From: Nitrospirota bacterium | GTDB lineage: Bacteria > Nitrospirota > Nitrospiria > Nitrospirales > Nitrospiraceae | DNA length: 64,000 nucleotides | Direction: 5' to 3' | NCBI GenBank assembly: GCA_963701855.1 | Contig: CAVPBK010000009.1 | Span: 352,001-416,000, forward strand | Shown here: positions 19,766 to 29,189 of the stretch, piece after piece | How positions within the stretch are numbered: position 1 is the first letter of the stretch | Layout: every line of letters starts with the position of its first letter | Position numbers and translations under genes: made by a program | The notes under the pieces: generated by a model | The model's database searches: none | Told to the model about the DNA's origin: nothing | The model's input: only the letters and a program-made list of their open reading frames with translations

Positions 19766-20588
19766 ATGAACTTCACCGATGACCAAATCACCAGGTACAG
19801 CCGACATATCTTGCTTCCCGAAGTGGAGGGCAAGGGGCAGAAGAAACTCGCTCAGGCTCGTATTCTGATCGTTGGAGTCGGCGGTCTCGGCTCGCCGGCG
19901 GCGCTCTACCTGGCTGCGGCGGGCGTCGGCACCTTGGGCCTGATCGACAGCGACGTCGTGGACCTGTCGAATCTCCAACGACAGATCATCCATTACACAG
20001 CCGATGTGGGACGGTCCAAAGTGCTCTCCGCCAAGGAAAAAATCCAAGCGTTGAACCCAGAACGTCACGGCGGTACTGCATGAAGACCGTTTCATGGCCA
20101 GGAACGCTCTGGAACTGGTTCGCGACTATTCGGTGGTGATCGACGGAGTGGATAATTTCCCGGCGAAATTCCTCATCAACGACGCCTGCTATTTTTCCGG
20201 GATACCGCTCGTGCACGGCGGGATCCTACGCTTCGATGGACGTGTCTCTACCATCATCCCCAAGCACTCAGCCTGTTACCGGTGTGTGTTCACACAACCG
20301 CCACCGCCCGGTCTGGTGGCCAGTTGCCAGGAAGCCGGCGTGCTCGGAGTCTTGGCGGGCATCATAGGAACGATCCAAGCAACCGAAGCGTTGAAATTGA
20401 TCTTAGGCATCGGCCACCCCTTGACCGATCGGATGCTGGATGTTGATGCCCGACGCATGCGGTTCCGGGAAATCCCCGTCACACGCAATCCCCGGTGCCC
20501 GCTCTGCGGGGACCAGCCGACCATCACAGAACTGACCGATCACGAACCGGTAGTTTGTCAGGTGCGGCCTCCTGTTGCCATCGGGTGA
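19766..20588 (+). pseudogene. moeB: MoeB/ThiF-family adenylyltransferase with a +1 frameshift at about 20061
   Basis: RYSRHILL, GVGGLGS, DLSNLQRQ, then CYRC, SCQEAG, CPLCG in the next frame; removing one A of CCAGAACGTC restores NPDVTAVLHEDRF. Confidence 0.88.
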
Positions 20589-20732
20589 GGAGTTGAGCAG
20601 AACATAACCATCGATTCTCATCAGACAATCCGAGAGTCTTGGAGGACACCATATGACGACATGAGCGATTGAAAAGAAGCGAGTTCATATACCTTAGGAG
20701 CCCAGGCTCCATCACACAGGAAGGATACGACC

Positions 20733-21704
20733 ATGAGTGAACGTACCAATGTTTCGGACCATCAGAGTCTCAGCGCCCAAGCGGCGCGCAATCTGGCGAC
20801 TGCCACGGTCACCGTCCCGCAGATGACGGAAATCACTCCGCGGTGGCTCCATAAACTGCTGCCATGGGTGGATGTGGACGGCGGCGTCTATCGTCTCAAC
20901 CGCGTGGCCAAGGCCGCGAAGGGGGAGCCGGCCAACGAATTCGGCGAAGCCACAGTCGATCTCTTGACCGTAGATAGCGGCGAGCCGAAACTGCCGACCA
21001 CCTTCGTCGATTACGAGTTGCACCCACGTGAGTATCACCTGAGCACGATCCAAACAGTGCTGCAGACGCATACACGCGTGACCGATCTGTACAGCAATCG
21101 TATCGACCAATTGCGTCAACAAGTACGCCTGACGGTGGAAGGTGTCAAGGAACGCGAGGAATGGGAGATCATTAATCACGCTCAGTTCGGTCTTTTAAGG
21201 GAGGTCGCGCCGGTACAGCGCATCAACACACGCAAAGGCACACCGACTCCTGACGATCTGGACGAACTCCTGAGTCTGGTCTGGAAAAAACCCGCCTTCT
21301 TCCTCGCGCATCCCAAAGCGATCGCCGCGTTCGGACGCGAAGCCACCAGGCGCGGTGTACCCCCGCCCACCGTACACCTGTTCGGCTCGCCCTTCATCAC
21401 CTGGCGTGGCATTCCGTTGATCCCGAGCAACAAACTGGAGGTCGATAAAGCAGGCAAGACCAGTATCCTCTTGTTGCGCGTCGGCGAGGCAGAACAAGGC
21501 GTCGTCGGCCTGCAAAAGGCGGGCGTGACAGGCGAGCTCGAAGCCGGCCTCTCCGTCAGATACATGAGCACCAATGAACACGGCATTGCGTCGCATCTGG
21601 TGACACGCTACTTCTCGACGGCAGTGCTGACCGAGGACGCGATCGCGCGCCTCGATAACGTGTCGATCAAGTTCTATCACGAATATGTTTATCCAAAGGG
21701 CTAA
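20733..21704 (+). CDS. Family 2A encapsulin shell protein (SrpI-like)
   Basis: SLSAQAARNLAT..ITPRWL..LLPWV..GVYRLNRV, LPTTFVDYE.PREY, PTPDDLDELL, FFLAHPKAIAAFGRE, TWRGIP, EQGVVGL. Confidence 0.95.
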   Translation: MSERTNVSDHQSLSAQAARNLATATVTVPQMTEITPRWLHKLLPWVDVDGGVYRLNRVAKAAKGEPANEFGEATVDLLTVDSGEPKLPTTFVDYELHPREYHLSTIQTVLQTHTRVTDLYSNRIDQLRQQVRLTVEGVKEREEWEIINHAQFGLLREVAPVQRINTRKGTPTPDDLDELLSLVWKKPAFFLAHPKAIAAFGREATRRGVPPPTVHLFGSPFITWRGIPLIPSNKLEVDKAGKTSILLLRVGEAEQGVVGLQKAGVTGELEAGLSVRYMSTNEHGIASHLVTRYFSTAVLTEDAIARLDNVSIKFYHEYVYPKG

Positions 21705-21707
21705 CCT

Positions 21708-23447
21708 ATGACACCGACAACACAAGACGTCACCGCTGGCAGGAATGATCCATTCGATACCACATTAATCGCGCAGCTGGCGAATGAGTTCTACTCTGAA
21801 TCAACCGGCAGCCCCTCGCTGCCGGCATGGATTCCGGCGCTCCCATTGGGCGCCCCTAACGGATCCGAACTCTCCGGAGGCTATCCGTCTGCCAGTTCCA
21901 CCACCCATCCTCCGGTCCATTCCGGACTGCAACCAGACACGGCACACCCGCCGGCAACGCCCGGCACGCTGTCCGGCGAACATGCTCCCGGCTCCGAGGA
22001 CACCTACCCCTTTGGCGAACCGCGCTGCAACGGGGACAGGTTCGGCCAGCGCCACCAAGCCACACCGTCAGCGAACATACCGCAGCGGAATGACTCTCCG
22101 AACATCGCAACCCCCCTCCCCGGCTACAAGGAAAATCTCTTTGCCCCGGATTATTATTTCCTGCGCCATGTCGACTCGGCCACCCAGTCATCCATCCCGA
22201 GTGCGCCGGTTTCCCGCTTCAGTCCGACCTTGTCCGTTCTGGATATTGAAGCCATCCGGCGGGATTTCCCCGCGCTGCATCAATCGGTCCATGGCAAGCC
22301 GCTCATCTGGCTGGATAACGCAGCCACCACGCAGAAACCACAGAGTGTGATCGACGCCATCGCCCAGTTCTACAGCCGGGATAACTCGAATATCCACCGG
22401 GCGGCACATACCTTGGCCTTCCGCGCCACGGAGTTGTACGAAGAAGGACGGAAGAAGGTGCAGCGCTTCCTTGGGGCGGCCGATCCCAAAGAGATCGTCT
22501 TTGTCCGTGGGACCACGGAAGCCGTCAACCTGGTGGCACAGACCTACGGTCGCACCCATGTCGGCCAAGGCGATGAAATACTTCTGACGACCATGGAGCA
22601 CCACGCGAACATCGTGCCCTGGCAGATGCTCGCCGAACAGACAGGAGCCGTGCTGCGCGTCGCGCCGATCAACGACGCCGGTGAATTGATCCTCGATCAA
22701 TTTGCCGCACTGCTGACCTCGCGCACGAAACTCGTGGCCGTCACGCAAGTCTCGAATGCCCTGGGTACGATCAATCCGGTCGAACAGCTCATTGCCATGG
22801 CTCATGCTCACGGCGTGCCGGTCCTCGTGGACGGCGCGCAATCGGCGCCGCACATACCGGTGAACGTCCAGGCGATGGATTGCGATTTTTTCGTGTTCTC
22901 CGGCCACAAAATCTTCGGGCCGACCGGGATCGGCGTGCTGTACGGCAAGGCGGCGCTGTTGGAAGAGATGCCGCCCTGGCAAGGCGGCGGCAATATGATT
23001 CAGGACGTGACCTTCGAAAAGACTACGTATCAAGGCATTCCGCAAAAATTCGAGGCGGGCACCCCGAACATCGCCGGGGTGGTCGGCTTAGGGGCTGCCA
23101 TCGATTATCTGAACCAGGTGGGCATACCAGCCATTGCGGCCTACGAGCATGAGCTGTTGTCCTATGCGACACACACCCTGTCCTTGGTTCGCGGCCTCCG
23201 CCCGATCGGGACCGCCGCCACCAAGGCCAGCGTCCTCTCGTTCGTCATGGACGGCATGTCCAACGAGTCGGTCGCTCGCCATCTGGATCAGCACGGTATC
23301 GCGGTTCGAGCCGGACACCACTGCGCACAACCGACTGTGCGCCGGTACGGGTTGACCGGAACGGTCCGTCCGTCTCTGGCGTTTTACAACACGCCGGATG
23401 AAATCGACACGTTGGTGAGCGCCTTAAGCCAGATCAGGAAGAACTGA
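21708..23447 (+). CDS. Encapsulin cargo cysteine desulfurase (SufS class) with N-terminal loading domain
   Basis: About 175-aa Pro/Ser-rich N-terminus with LIAQLANEFYS; LDNAATTQKP, SGHKIFGP, EAGTP, RAGHHCA. Confidence 0.95.
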   Translation: MTPTTQDVTAGRNDPFDTTLIAQLANEFYSESTGSPSLPAWIPALPLGAPNGSELSGGYPSASSTTHPPVHSGLQPDTAHPPATPGTLSGEHAPGSEDTYPFGEPRCNGDRFGQRHQATPSANIPQRNDSPNIATPLPGYKENLFAPDYYFLRHVDSATQSSIPSAPVSRFSPTLSVLDIEAIRRDFPALHQSVHGKPLIWLDNAATTQKPQSVIDAIAQFYSRDNSNIHRAAHTLAFRATELYEEGRKKVQRFLGAADPKEIVFVRGTTEAVNLVAQTYGRTHVGQGDEILLTTMEHHANIVPWQMLAEQTGAVLRVAPINDAGELILDQFAALLTSRTKLVAVTQVSNALGTINPVEQLIAMAHAHGVPVLVDGAQSAPHIPVNVQAMDCDFFVFSGHKIFGPTGIGVLYGKAALLEEMPPWQGGGNMIQDVTFEKTTYQGIPQKFEAGTPNIAGVVGLGAAIDYLNQVGIPAIAAYEHELLSYATHTLSLVRGLRPIGTAATKASVLSFVMDGMSNESVARHLDQHGIAVRAGHHCAQPTVRRYGLTGTVRPSLAFYNTPDEIDTLVSALSQIRKN

Positions 23448-23477
23448 ACCTGAGCGCCGAGCCGTTCGAACACATAG

Positions 23478-24464
23478 GTGACCATGGCCATCAATCCGAT
23501 TCCACAATCAGACATCGCGTTAACCACATGGAATATCGACCGCGTAGTCGCTGAACTCCGGCAATCGCGTGAAGTCGCGCACAACGTGAGGCATCAGGGC
23601 CTCATCCGGGAGTTGCCGTCGCGGAAAGCCTTGCTCGGCGTCCTGGACGGGTTGTGTGCCGTCTTGTTTCCGACCCATTATGGCCGCTCGGACTTGAACG
23701 AGTCGAACATCGATTATTTTGTCGGCAATCAACTGAACCTGACATTGAACCTGTTACAAGATCAAGTTCGCCGAGGGCTGCTGTTTGTCTCTGACCAAGA
23801 CGAGCCAATGGACGCGGACGCAAATCGCGCCGCCAGCGAGATGACCACTAAGTTTGCGGCACAGTTGCCGTCCATTCGCGCACGACTCTTCACCGATTTG
23901 CAAGCCGCCTATCAAGGCGATCCGGCGGCTACCAGCGCGTCGGAGATTCTGCTCTGCTATCCCGGCATGACCGCGATCATCTACTATCGCCTGGCGCATG
24001 CGCTCTATGAGTTGGGAGCGCACCTGCCGGCGCGATTGATCTCGGAGATCGCCCATTCCACGACGGGGATCGACATTCATCCGGCCGCGAACATCGGTGG
24101 ATACTTTTTTATCGATCACGGTACCGGGGTGGTCATCGGGGAAACGACGATCATCGGCGAGCGGGTCCGGCTCTATCAAGCCGTCACCCTCGGCGCGAAA
24201 CGCTTCCCTGAAAATGAGCAGGGCGTGCTCATCAAAGGCGCCACCCGTCATCCCATCGTCGAAGACGACGTCGTCATCTACGCCGGCGCGACGATCTTGG
24301 GCCGCATCACGATCGGCAAAGGGGCGATCATCGGCGGTAATGTGTGGTTGACCCAGAGCGTGCCGCCCGGAAGCAATGTCATCCAGGCACAGATGCGCCA
24401 GAGCAGTACGTTGACGATCGAGCCCAAACAGGTGAGCCAGACAATCTGGCAACCCAGTATCTAA
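23478..24464 (+). CDS. cysE: Serine O-acetyltransferase (EpsC/SrpH type)
   Basis: GDPAA, CYPG, TGIDIHP, DHGTGVVIGET, RHP, hexapeptide repeats. Confidence 0.92.
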   Translation: MTMAINPIPQSDIALTTWNIDRVVAELRQSREVAHNVRHQGLIRELPSRKALLGVLDGLCAVLFPTHYGRSDLNESNIDYFVGNQLNLTLNLLQDQVRRGLLFVSDQDEPMDADANRAASEMTTKFAAQLPSIRARLFTDLQAAYQGDPAATSASEILLCYPGMTAIIYYRLAHALYELGAHLPARLISEIAHSTTGIDIHPAANIGGYFFIDHGTGVVIGETTIIGERVRLYQAVTLGAKRFPENEQGVLIKGATRHPIVEDDVVIYAGATILGRITIGKGAIIGGNVWLTQSVPPGSNVIQAQMRQSSTLTIEPKQVSQTIWQPSI

Positions 24465-24541
24465 TAACAGTCATTCCTGAAAAGTCCTCGCGACCAACAG
24501 GACCATCCCCTGCATTCGTCATTTGTGATTTTCCCGCGTCC

Positions 24542-25450
24542 TCAGCCTGGTACGCCGATTCGGTCCACCGCTGTCTCCCGCCCGAATGGGACCCTCCGAT
24601 CCTCCCTGCCCTGTGGCCCTCGATACACCAGCTCATCGGTATCGAGGTCGTACTCCGGTATCTCGCGGCTACCCCAGCGCTGCACAAAGTAGTGGTAGTA
24701 GAAGGTGTACAGACCGTGATCCTTCAGATTGTGTTGGAGCACATATTCCGGCATCGCCCTGACATTCAAATCGGGATGGTAATGCTGCAACCAGAGATAG
24801 TCTCCGAGAATGACCAATTTGACGAGCGGCGGCTCCGCATAGAGTTTAAGCCTGACGGATTTGCCGATCGCCCTGAGTCGCTTGAGCAGTTCGATGCTTC
24901 GCCACACCTCGTCTTGAAAGAGTCCCATCGTATAATCGGGGTCCGCGATCGCCTCGATTCGTGCCCGCGCTTCCAGGCTGTGCGGATTCACCAGCAGAAC
25001 CCTGGCTCCCATGCATCGTTCCAGGATTGAGGACAAGTCCCCCACTTGATCAGTCAATGTTCCGTACCCGCTCGACCCGATCGCCATGATCGTCCGCCCC
25101 GTGCTCTGCTTCTCCTTGAGTTGCTTGATTCGCCTCCTTGTACGCGGGTCATGGCTGGGATAAAACGAGGCCAAACCTGCGCCGACAGCCATCTTGGCGA
25201 GCGCTCTGTCGCGAATGATCAGACGGATTGCATTGGCCGAGATAATCAACAGGATCGCCACCACCACTTCCAACACCAGAAGAGACGTCTTGTCATCCGC
25301 TACCCTTGTCCAGTAAGCCAGAAAGCTCCTGGCCATCGCCGGCAGTGACAGGGCAATGCCGGCGCTCAGGCCAAGTACCACAATGTGATACCAAATCTGG
25401 GCAAAGTTTTTCATGGCAGTTCGGGCCTGTGCGAATATCGTCTCTACCAC
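24542..25450 (-). CDS. Membrane-anchored hypothetical protein
   Basis: Two N-terminal TM segments followed by a soluble domain (RVLLVNP..LKLY..KLVILGDYLWLQHY). Confidence 0.7.
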   Translation of the reverse strand: MVETIFAQARTAMKNFAQIWYHIVVLGLSAGIALSLPAMARSFLAYWTRVADDKTSLLVLEVVVAILLIISANAIRLIIRDRALAKMAVGAGLASFYPSHDPRTRRRIKQLKEKQSTGRTIMAIGSSGYGTLTDQVGDLSSILERCMGARVLLVNPHSLEARARIEAIADPDYTMGLFQDEVWRSIELLKRLRAIGKSVRLKLYAEPPLVKLVILGDYLWLQHYHPDLNVRAMPEYVLQHNLKDHGLYTFYYHYFVQRWGSREIPEYDLDTDELVYRGPQGREDRRVPFGRETAVDRIGVPG

Positions 25451-25564
25451 CGAACCCTCCGATCTTGATCTTCTGACACAGTCGGTTCACGCTTACTATG
25501 CCGGAACAACTATGAGCCAACCACGATCAAGGCCATCATGAATGGCGCATGTGCATGAACGGCA

Positions 25565-26032
25565 TCACACAAACGACGCAATCTCCTGATCTTGAAAGGC
25601 CTGAAGCAGTTCCCTGAGAGCCGCCATCCCTCGATCGTTGAGGCTGTGTATCAGATGAAATCGTAGGACTCCGTCGGGATCGATCAGAAACGTTCGTGCC
25701 CGCCCTGAAGAATAGGTGGTCGGACCACCATAGAGACGCTGCAACCGCCCCTGTGGATCTCCTACAATGGTGAAATGCACTCGTCCGATGCTATGCTTCC
25801 CTTCCTGGTAGAGCGCCTGCGGCTCTATCGGAACCACGAGCAGCACCGCTCCAAGCTCTTCCATGTCCTTTCCTTGCTCATCCCAACGCACCCTGTCGGA
25901 TTGCCCAAGGCTTGGCACAAAGCTGAGCACAACCCACTGCTCCAGAAATTCGTCTGGATCAATGTATGTCATCTCTCCAGCAACGACGACCGGAAGCCGA
26001 AACGTGAATGCTCGTTCTCCAATGCGTCTCAT
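25565..26032 (-). CDS. AhpC/TSA redoxin-fold protein lacking cysteines
   Basis: IGERAFTFRLP, WVVLSF, FTIVGDP..YG, RTFLIDPDGVLR; no Cys. Confidence 0.75.
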   Translation of the reverse strand: MRRIGERAFTFRLPVVVAGEMTYIDPDEFLEQWVVLSFVPSLGQSDRVRWDEQGKDMEELGAVLLVVPIEPQALYQEGKHSIGRVHFTIVGDPQGRLQRLYGGPTTYSSGRARTFLIDPDGVLRFHLIHSLNDRGMAALRELLQAFQDQEIASFV

Positions 26033-26034
26033 GA

Positions 26035-26319
26035 CTACCTCCCTTTCGCGGGTATGACGGCCAGGTTTTCGAGATCCTTGCCTGGTGTCACCGAGACAAG
26101 ATAGTCACCATTCTTCGGAGGCCCGATTACGATTTTTCCTACCCGGCTCAGCCGGTCGATAGCGAGAAACACCGGTGCCCATCCCTCAGCAGATAATGCT
26201 TGGCTCAAGCGATCGAGCGATTGCGTTCCATCTGTCCGCAATGCGTCAAGAATCCATTCATCCATAGCCCGGCTTTCTACAGCAACACTCGACTTCTCTA
26301 TCACCGAAACAGTGGCCAT
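26035..26319 (-). CDS. Small hypothetical protein (possible winged helix)
   Basis: AGGAGG SD; ILDALR..LDRL..WAPVFLAIDRLSRVGKI. Confidence 0.65.
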   Translation of the reverse strand: MATVSVIEKSSVAVESRAMDEWILDALRTDGTQSLDRLSQALSAEGWAPVFLAIDRLSRVGKIVIGPPKNGDYLVSVTPGKDLENLAVIPAKGR

Positions 26320-26543
26320 ATCGCACCTCCTTCTCGAAACGTTTGAACGGGTCGAAATTAATCAACGGCGCGACGAAACAGCCATGGGAAAGCTTTGCGA
26401 CGGTGCGACCGGTGCCGCGTTCAGCTTGAATCGCTCAGCACCATCTGCCAACCAGGCACGCTGAAGGTCAACAGACTCGAATGGAGAGCGGTGCTATGTT
26501 GGAAGGGGGATGGTGTGAGCTATACATACACAGTCCTCTCGTA

Positions 26544-26952
26544 CTACCGCTCGCCGACACCGGCCAACTGCCGTGATTCTATCAACACCGTGAACAATTG
26601 ATTGAAATCAGCCTCGGCGGCTTTGGCAAAGACCCCGCGGCCTCCGCCGACGACGATCGTGAGATCGCCGCCCGAATAGGCCCACCCTTGTTCCGACAAC
26701 AAGTTGAAACCGCTGGCCTGACCATGACCGGCAGCCAGCACACCCAGGAGGCCGCTGATCCGACCATGAATAGGGGTCAGAGCTCACAGGAGTTGACTGA
26801 CCGCAACAGCATTGATTCGTCAGGAGCGCCCCATCATCGGGGAGCAGCGTCCCCTTCAAACGGATGTCGAGGAGTTTGCCGTTCGGGGCAAACTCACCGG
26901 CAGCGATCACGCCCTTGAGCCGAAGGAGTTCATCCAAAGATTTCGCCATCAT
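26544..26952 (-). pseudogene. DUF2173-family gene interrupted by a 40-bp insertion
   Basis: SLDELLRLKGVIAAGEF N-terminus and QGWAYSGGD..GVF..ADFN C-terminus are in different frames; deleting 26766-26805 gives one 123-codon frame. Confidence 0.78.
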
Positions 26953-27119
26953 GACTGCCCTTTTTTGTTGTGTCGTATGAGCATGATGGAGCATTTTCTT
27001 AAGAACCACGAGGGAGCAGCAATACCTCGACGTTTGATGCTTCCGTACTTCCCGAACAATCTGACTAGTAGCTTCACGAAACCTCCAAGCAAGAGTACAC
27101 GATTTTGTATCGTGGATAA

Positions 27120-27135
27120 TGCAGGACGCATGCCT
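27120..27135 (-). promoter_or_regulatory. Possible sigma54 promoter
   Basis: AGGCATGCGTCCTGCA (GG-N10-GC) upstream of the DUF2173 gene, divergent from an NtrC-type two-component system. Confidence 0.45.
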
Positions 27136-27574
27136 TCAATTTTTGGTCACTTTGAAGGGTCAAAACAATTCTCTGTAGATAAAGCAGCAGAAGTTGCAGG
27201 TGAACTGTTGCTGGATCAACAGTTCATACCCCTGTCACTCTGGTAGGAGAAGATCATGACACGTCTCTCGTTCCGAAGGCGCCCGCACCTTTCGACCTCC
27301 TCTGGTATATCCACCATGGCTGGTCTTCGAGGTTTGGCGTCTAATAAAATGGGCTATGGGGTTCTCACGGCTCCAGTCACCGTTCTCGCAACGTGGCTCA
27401 GCGATTTCGCGACGAACCTTATGAATAATGCCAGCTAGTTCATCGGACTGGCCGCCTTCATCGCTCTCTGCGCTACATGCTTCACATCATTCCAGTGGTC
27501 GGCGCCTGCGCGGCAGCCGGGCCGGCTCTCACCCCCTCCAAGACAGGCTGCACGGCTGACACATTCAGTGCGCT

Positions 27575-29167
27575 ATGCTAGGCTACGCCATGCCTGTCAG
27601 TTGGCTCAGTCGCCTCTCCATAGGCAAGAAGCTCACGCTTTCGTTCAGCGTGATCCTCATCCTGCTCATCGGAAGTCTCGGCGCATCGTTCTTCTATCTC
27701 TCCCGTGTGAATAGCTATGTCGAACGCCATCAGCGGATCACTATTCCCGCCGTCGTCACGGCGTCGGAGATGCTCCGCAACCTCTCCGACATGCAGACCC
27801 ACATGCACCATCTCCTCGATCATCAAAACAACGCAGAGCAGACCATCAGCCTGAAAGCCATCGCGGAAATCGAACAACGAACACTCACGACACTGGACAC
27901 GTATCAAGCCGTTCACGCTGTCCGTACACATCCCGTTTTGTACGGCATGTTGCAACAGCACGGGCAAGGCGACCTGGCCGATCAGGAGAGCCAAACGATC
28001 GTCGCCATCGCCGATGGAATGAGTGCCTTACGGGTTCAGCGGGAGGATCTCGAAGCCGCGACTCGTCAGAGCGAGAAAAATCTGTCGAACGCAGAGCCGG
28101 CGTACGAACAGACTGCAACCAAGACCGAAAATGCGATCGTTTCTCTTTTCGAACTTCACCGCAAGATTGATGTGGAGATGAAGATCGAGGGCGATCGCCT
28201 CGTCCAGCAGGCACGGATCATCGTCATCGGCCTCGTCGGCCTAGTTGGACTTCTAATCGTTTCGATCTATCTCATGATGAAACGGCTCGTGGCCACACCG
28301 CTTAAACAGCTTGCAGCCACAGCAGACCGTGTCGCCCGGCATGACCTCACGGCCGAGTTTGAACCCTGGCCTACACGAGACGAAGTCGGCATCCTGGCTG
28401 ATTCCCTGACGACGATGCTTGCAAATCTCCGCGAGCGAGACAACGCCCTCATGCGCAAGGCCAAGGAACTCGAATCCTTCACCTACTCCGTGGCACACGA
28501 CCTCAAAGGACCTCTTCGCGAAATCGAAGGCTTCTCGTCGCTTTTGGAAAAGCGATTTGAAGAAGCCGAAGACCCCCAAGTGCAACACCACATCGACATC
28601 ATCAGGAAGTCCTCGTTACGCCTCACACACATGATCGACGCCCTGCTCAAGTATTCACGCCTGGAACAGCAGAATCTCCCACGCACCCGCTTCAACGTGT
28701 TGGAGATGATCAGCAGCCTGGTCATCGACCGGCAAAGCGAGATCGCCGGCATCGCACCTCAGATCAAAATCAATCTCCCCTTCGCCGATCTGTATGGCGA
28801 GCCGGTCAGCATCCGTCAGTCCTTGGTTAATCTACTCGATAATGCCATCAAGTTCTCCCGCCATTCCCCGGTTCCGACTATCAACATCGGGGGACAGCAA
28901 ACCCCGACCGAACGTATACTCTGGGTACAGGACAACGGTATTGGCTTCGAGGCCGACCAGAAGGAGAAACTCTTCGGTCTCTTCGAGCGGTTGCACAATG
29001 CCCAGGAGTACGAAGGCACCGGCGTAGGCCTAGCTATCGTGAAGATGGTAGCGGAGAAACACGGGGGCCGTGTCTGGGCAGAATCGTCGCCCGGCAAAGG
29101 CAGCACGTTTTTTCTGGGATTCCCGGATGGCCAAGAAGCTGTCAGTCTTCACTCAGAGCAAAGCTGA
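27575..29167 (+). CDS. Membrane sensor histidine kinase (4HB-HAMP-HisKA-HATPase)
   Basis: Two TMs, DEVG HAMP, SVAHDLKGPL, NLLDNAIKF, DNGIGF, GTGVGLAIV. Confidence 0.95.
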   Translation: MLGYAMPVSWLSRLSIGKKLTLSFSVILILLIGSLGASFFYLSRVNSYVERHQRITIPAVVTASEMLRNLSDMQTHMHHLLDHQNNAEQTISLKAIAEIEQRTLTTLDTYQAVHAVRTHPVLYGMLQQHGQGDLADQESQTIVAIADGMSALRVQREDLEAATRQSEKNLSNAEPAYEQTATKTENAIVSLFELHRKIDVEMKIEGDRLVQQARIIVIGLVGLVGLLIVSIYLMMKRLVATPLKQLAATADRVARHDLTAEFEPWPTRDEVGILADSLTTMLANLRERDNALMRKAKELESFTYSVAHDLKGPLREIEGFSSLLEKRFEEAEDPQVQHHIDIIRKSSLRLTHMIDALLKYSRLEQQNLPRTRFNVLEMISSLVIDRQSEIAGIAPQIKINLPFADLYGEPVSIRQSLVNLLDNAIKFSRHSPVPTINIGGQQTPTERILWVQDNGIGFEADQKEKLFGLFERLHNAQEYEGTGVGLAIVKMVAEKHGGRVWAESSPGKGSTFFLGFPDGQEAVSLHSEQS

Positions 29168-29189
29168 TGGCTAACTCCTGAAAGCCACT

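Noticed and set aside
20733..21704. Prophage major capsid interpretation
   Set aside because: No phage genes nearby; cargo desulfurase and CysE context indicate an encapsulin.
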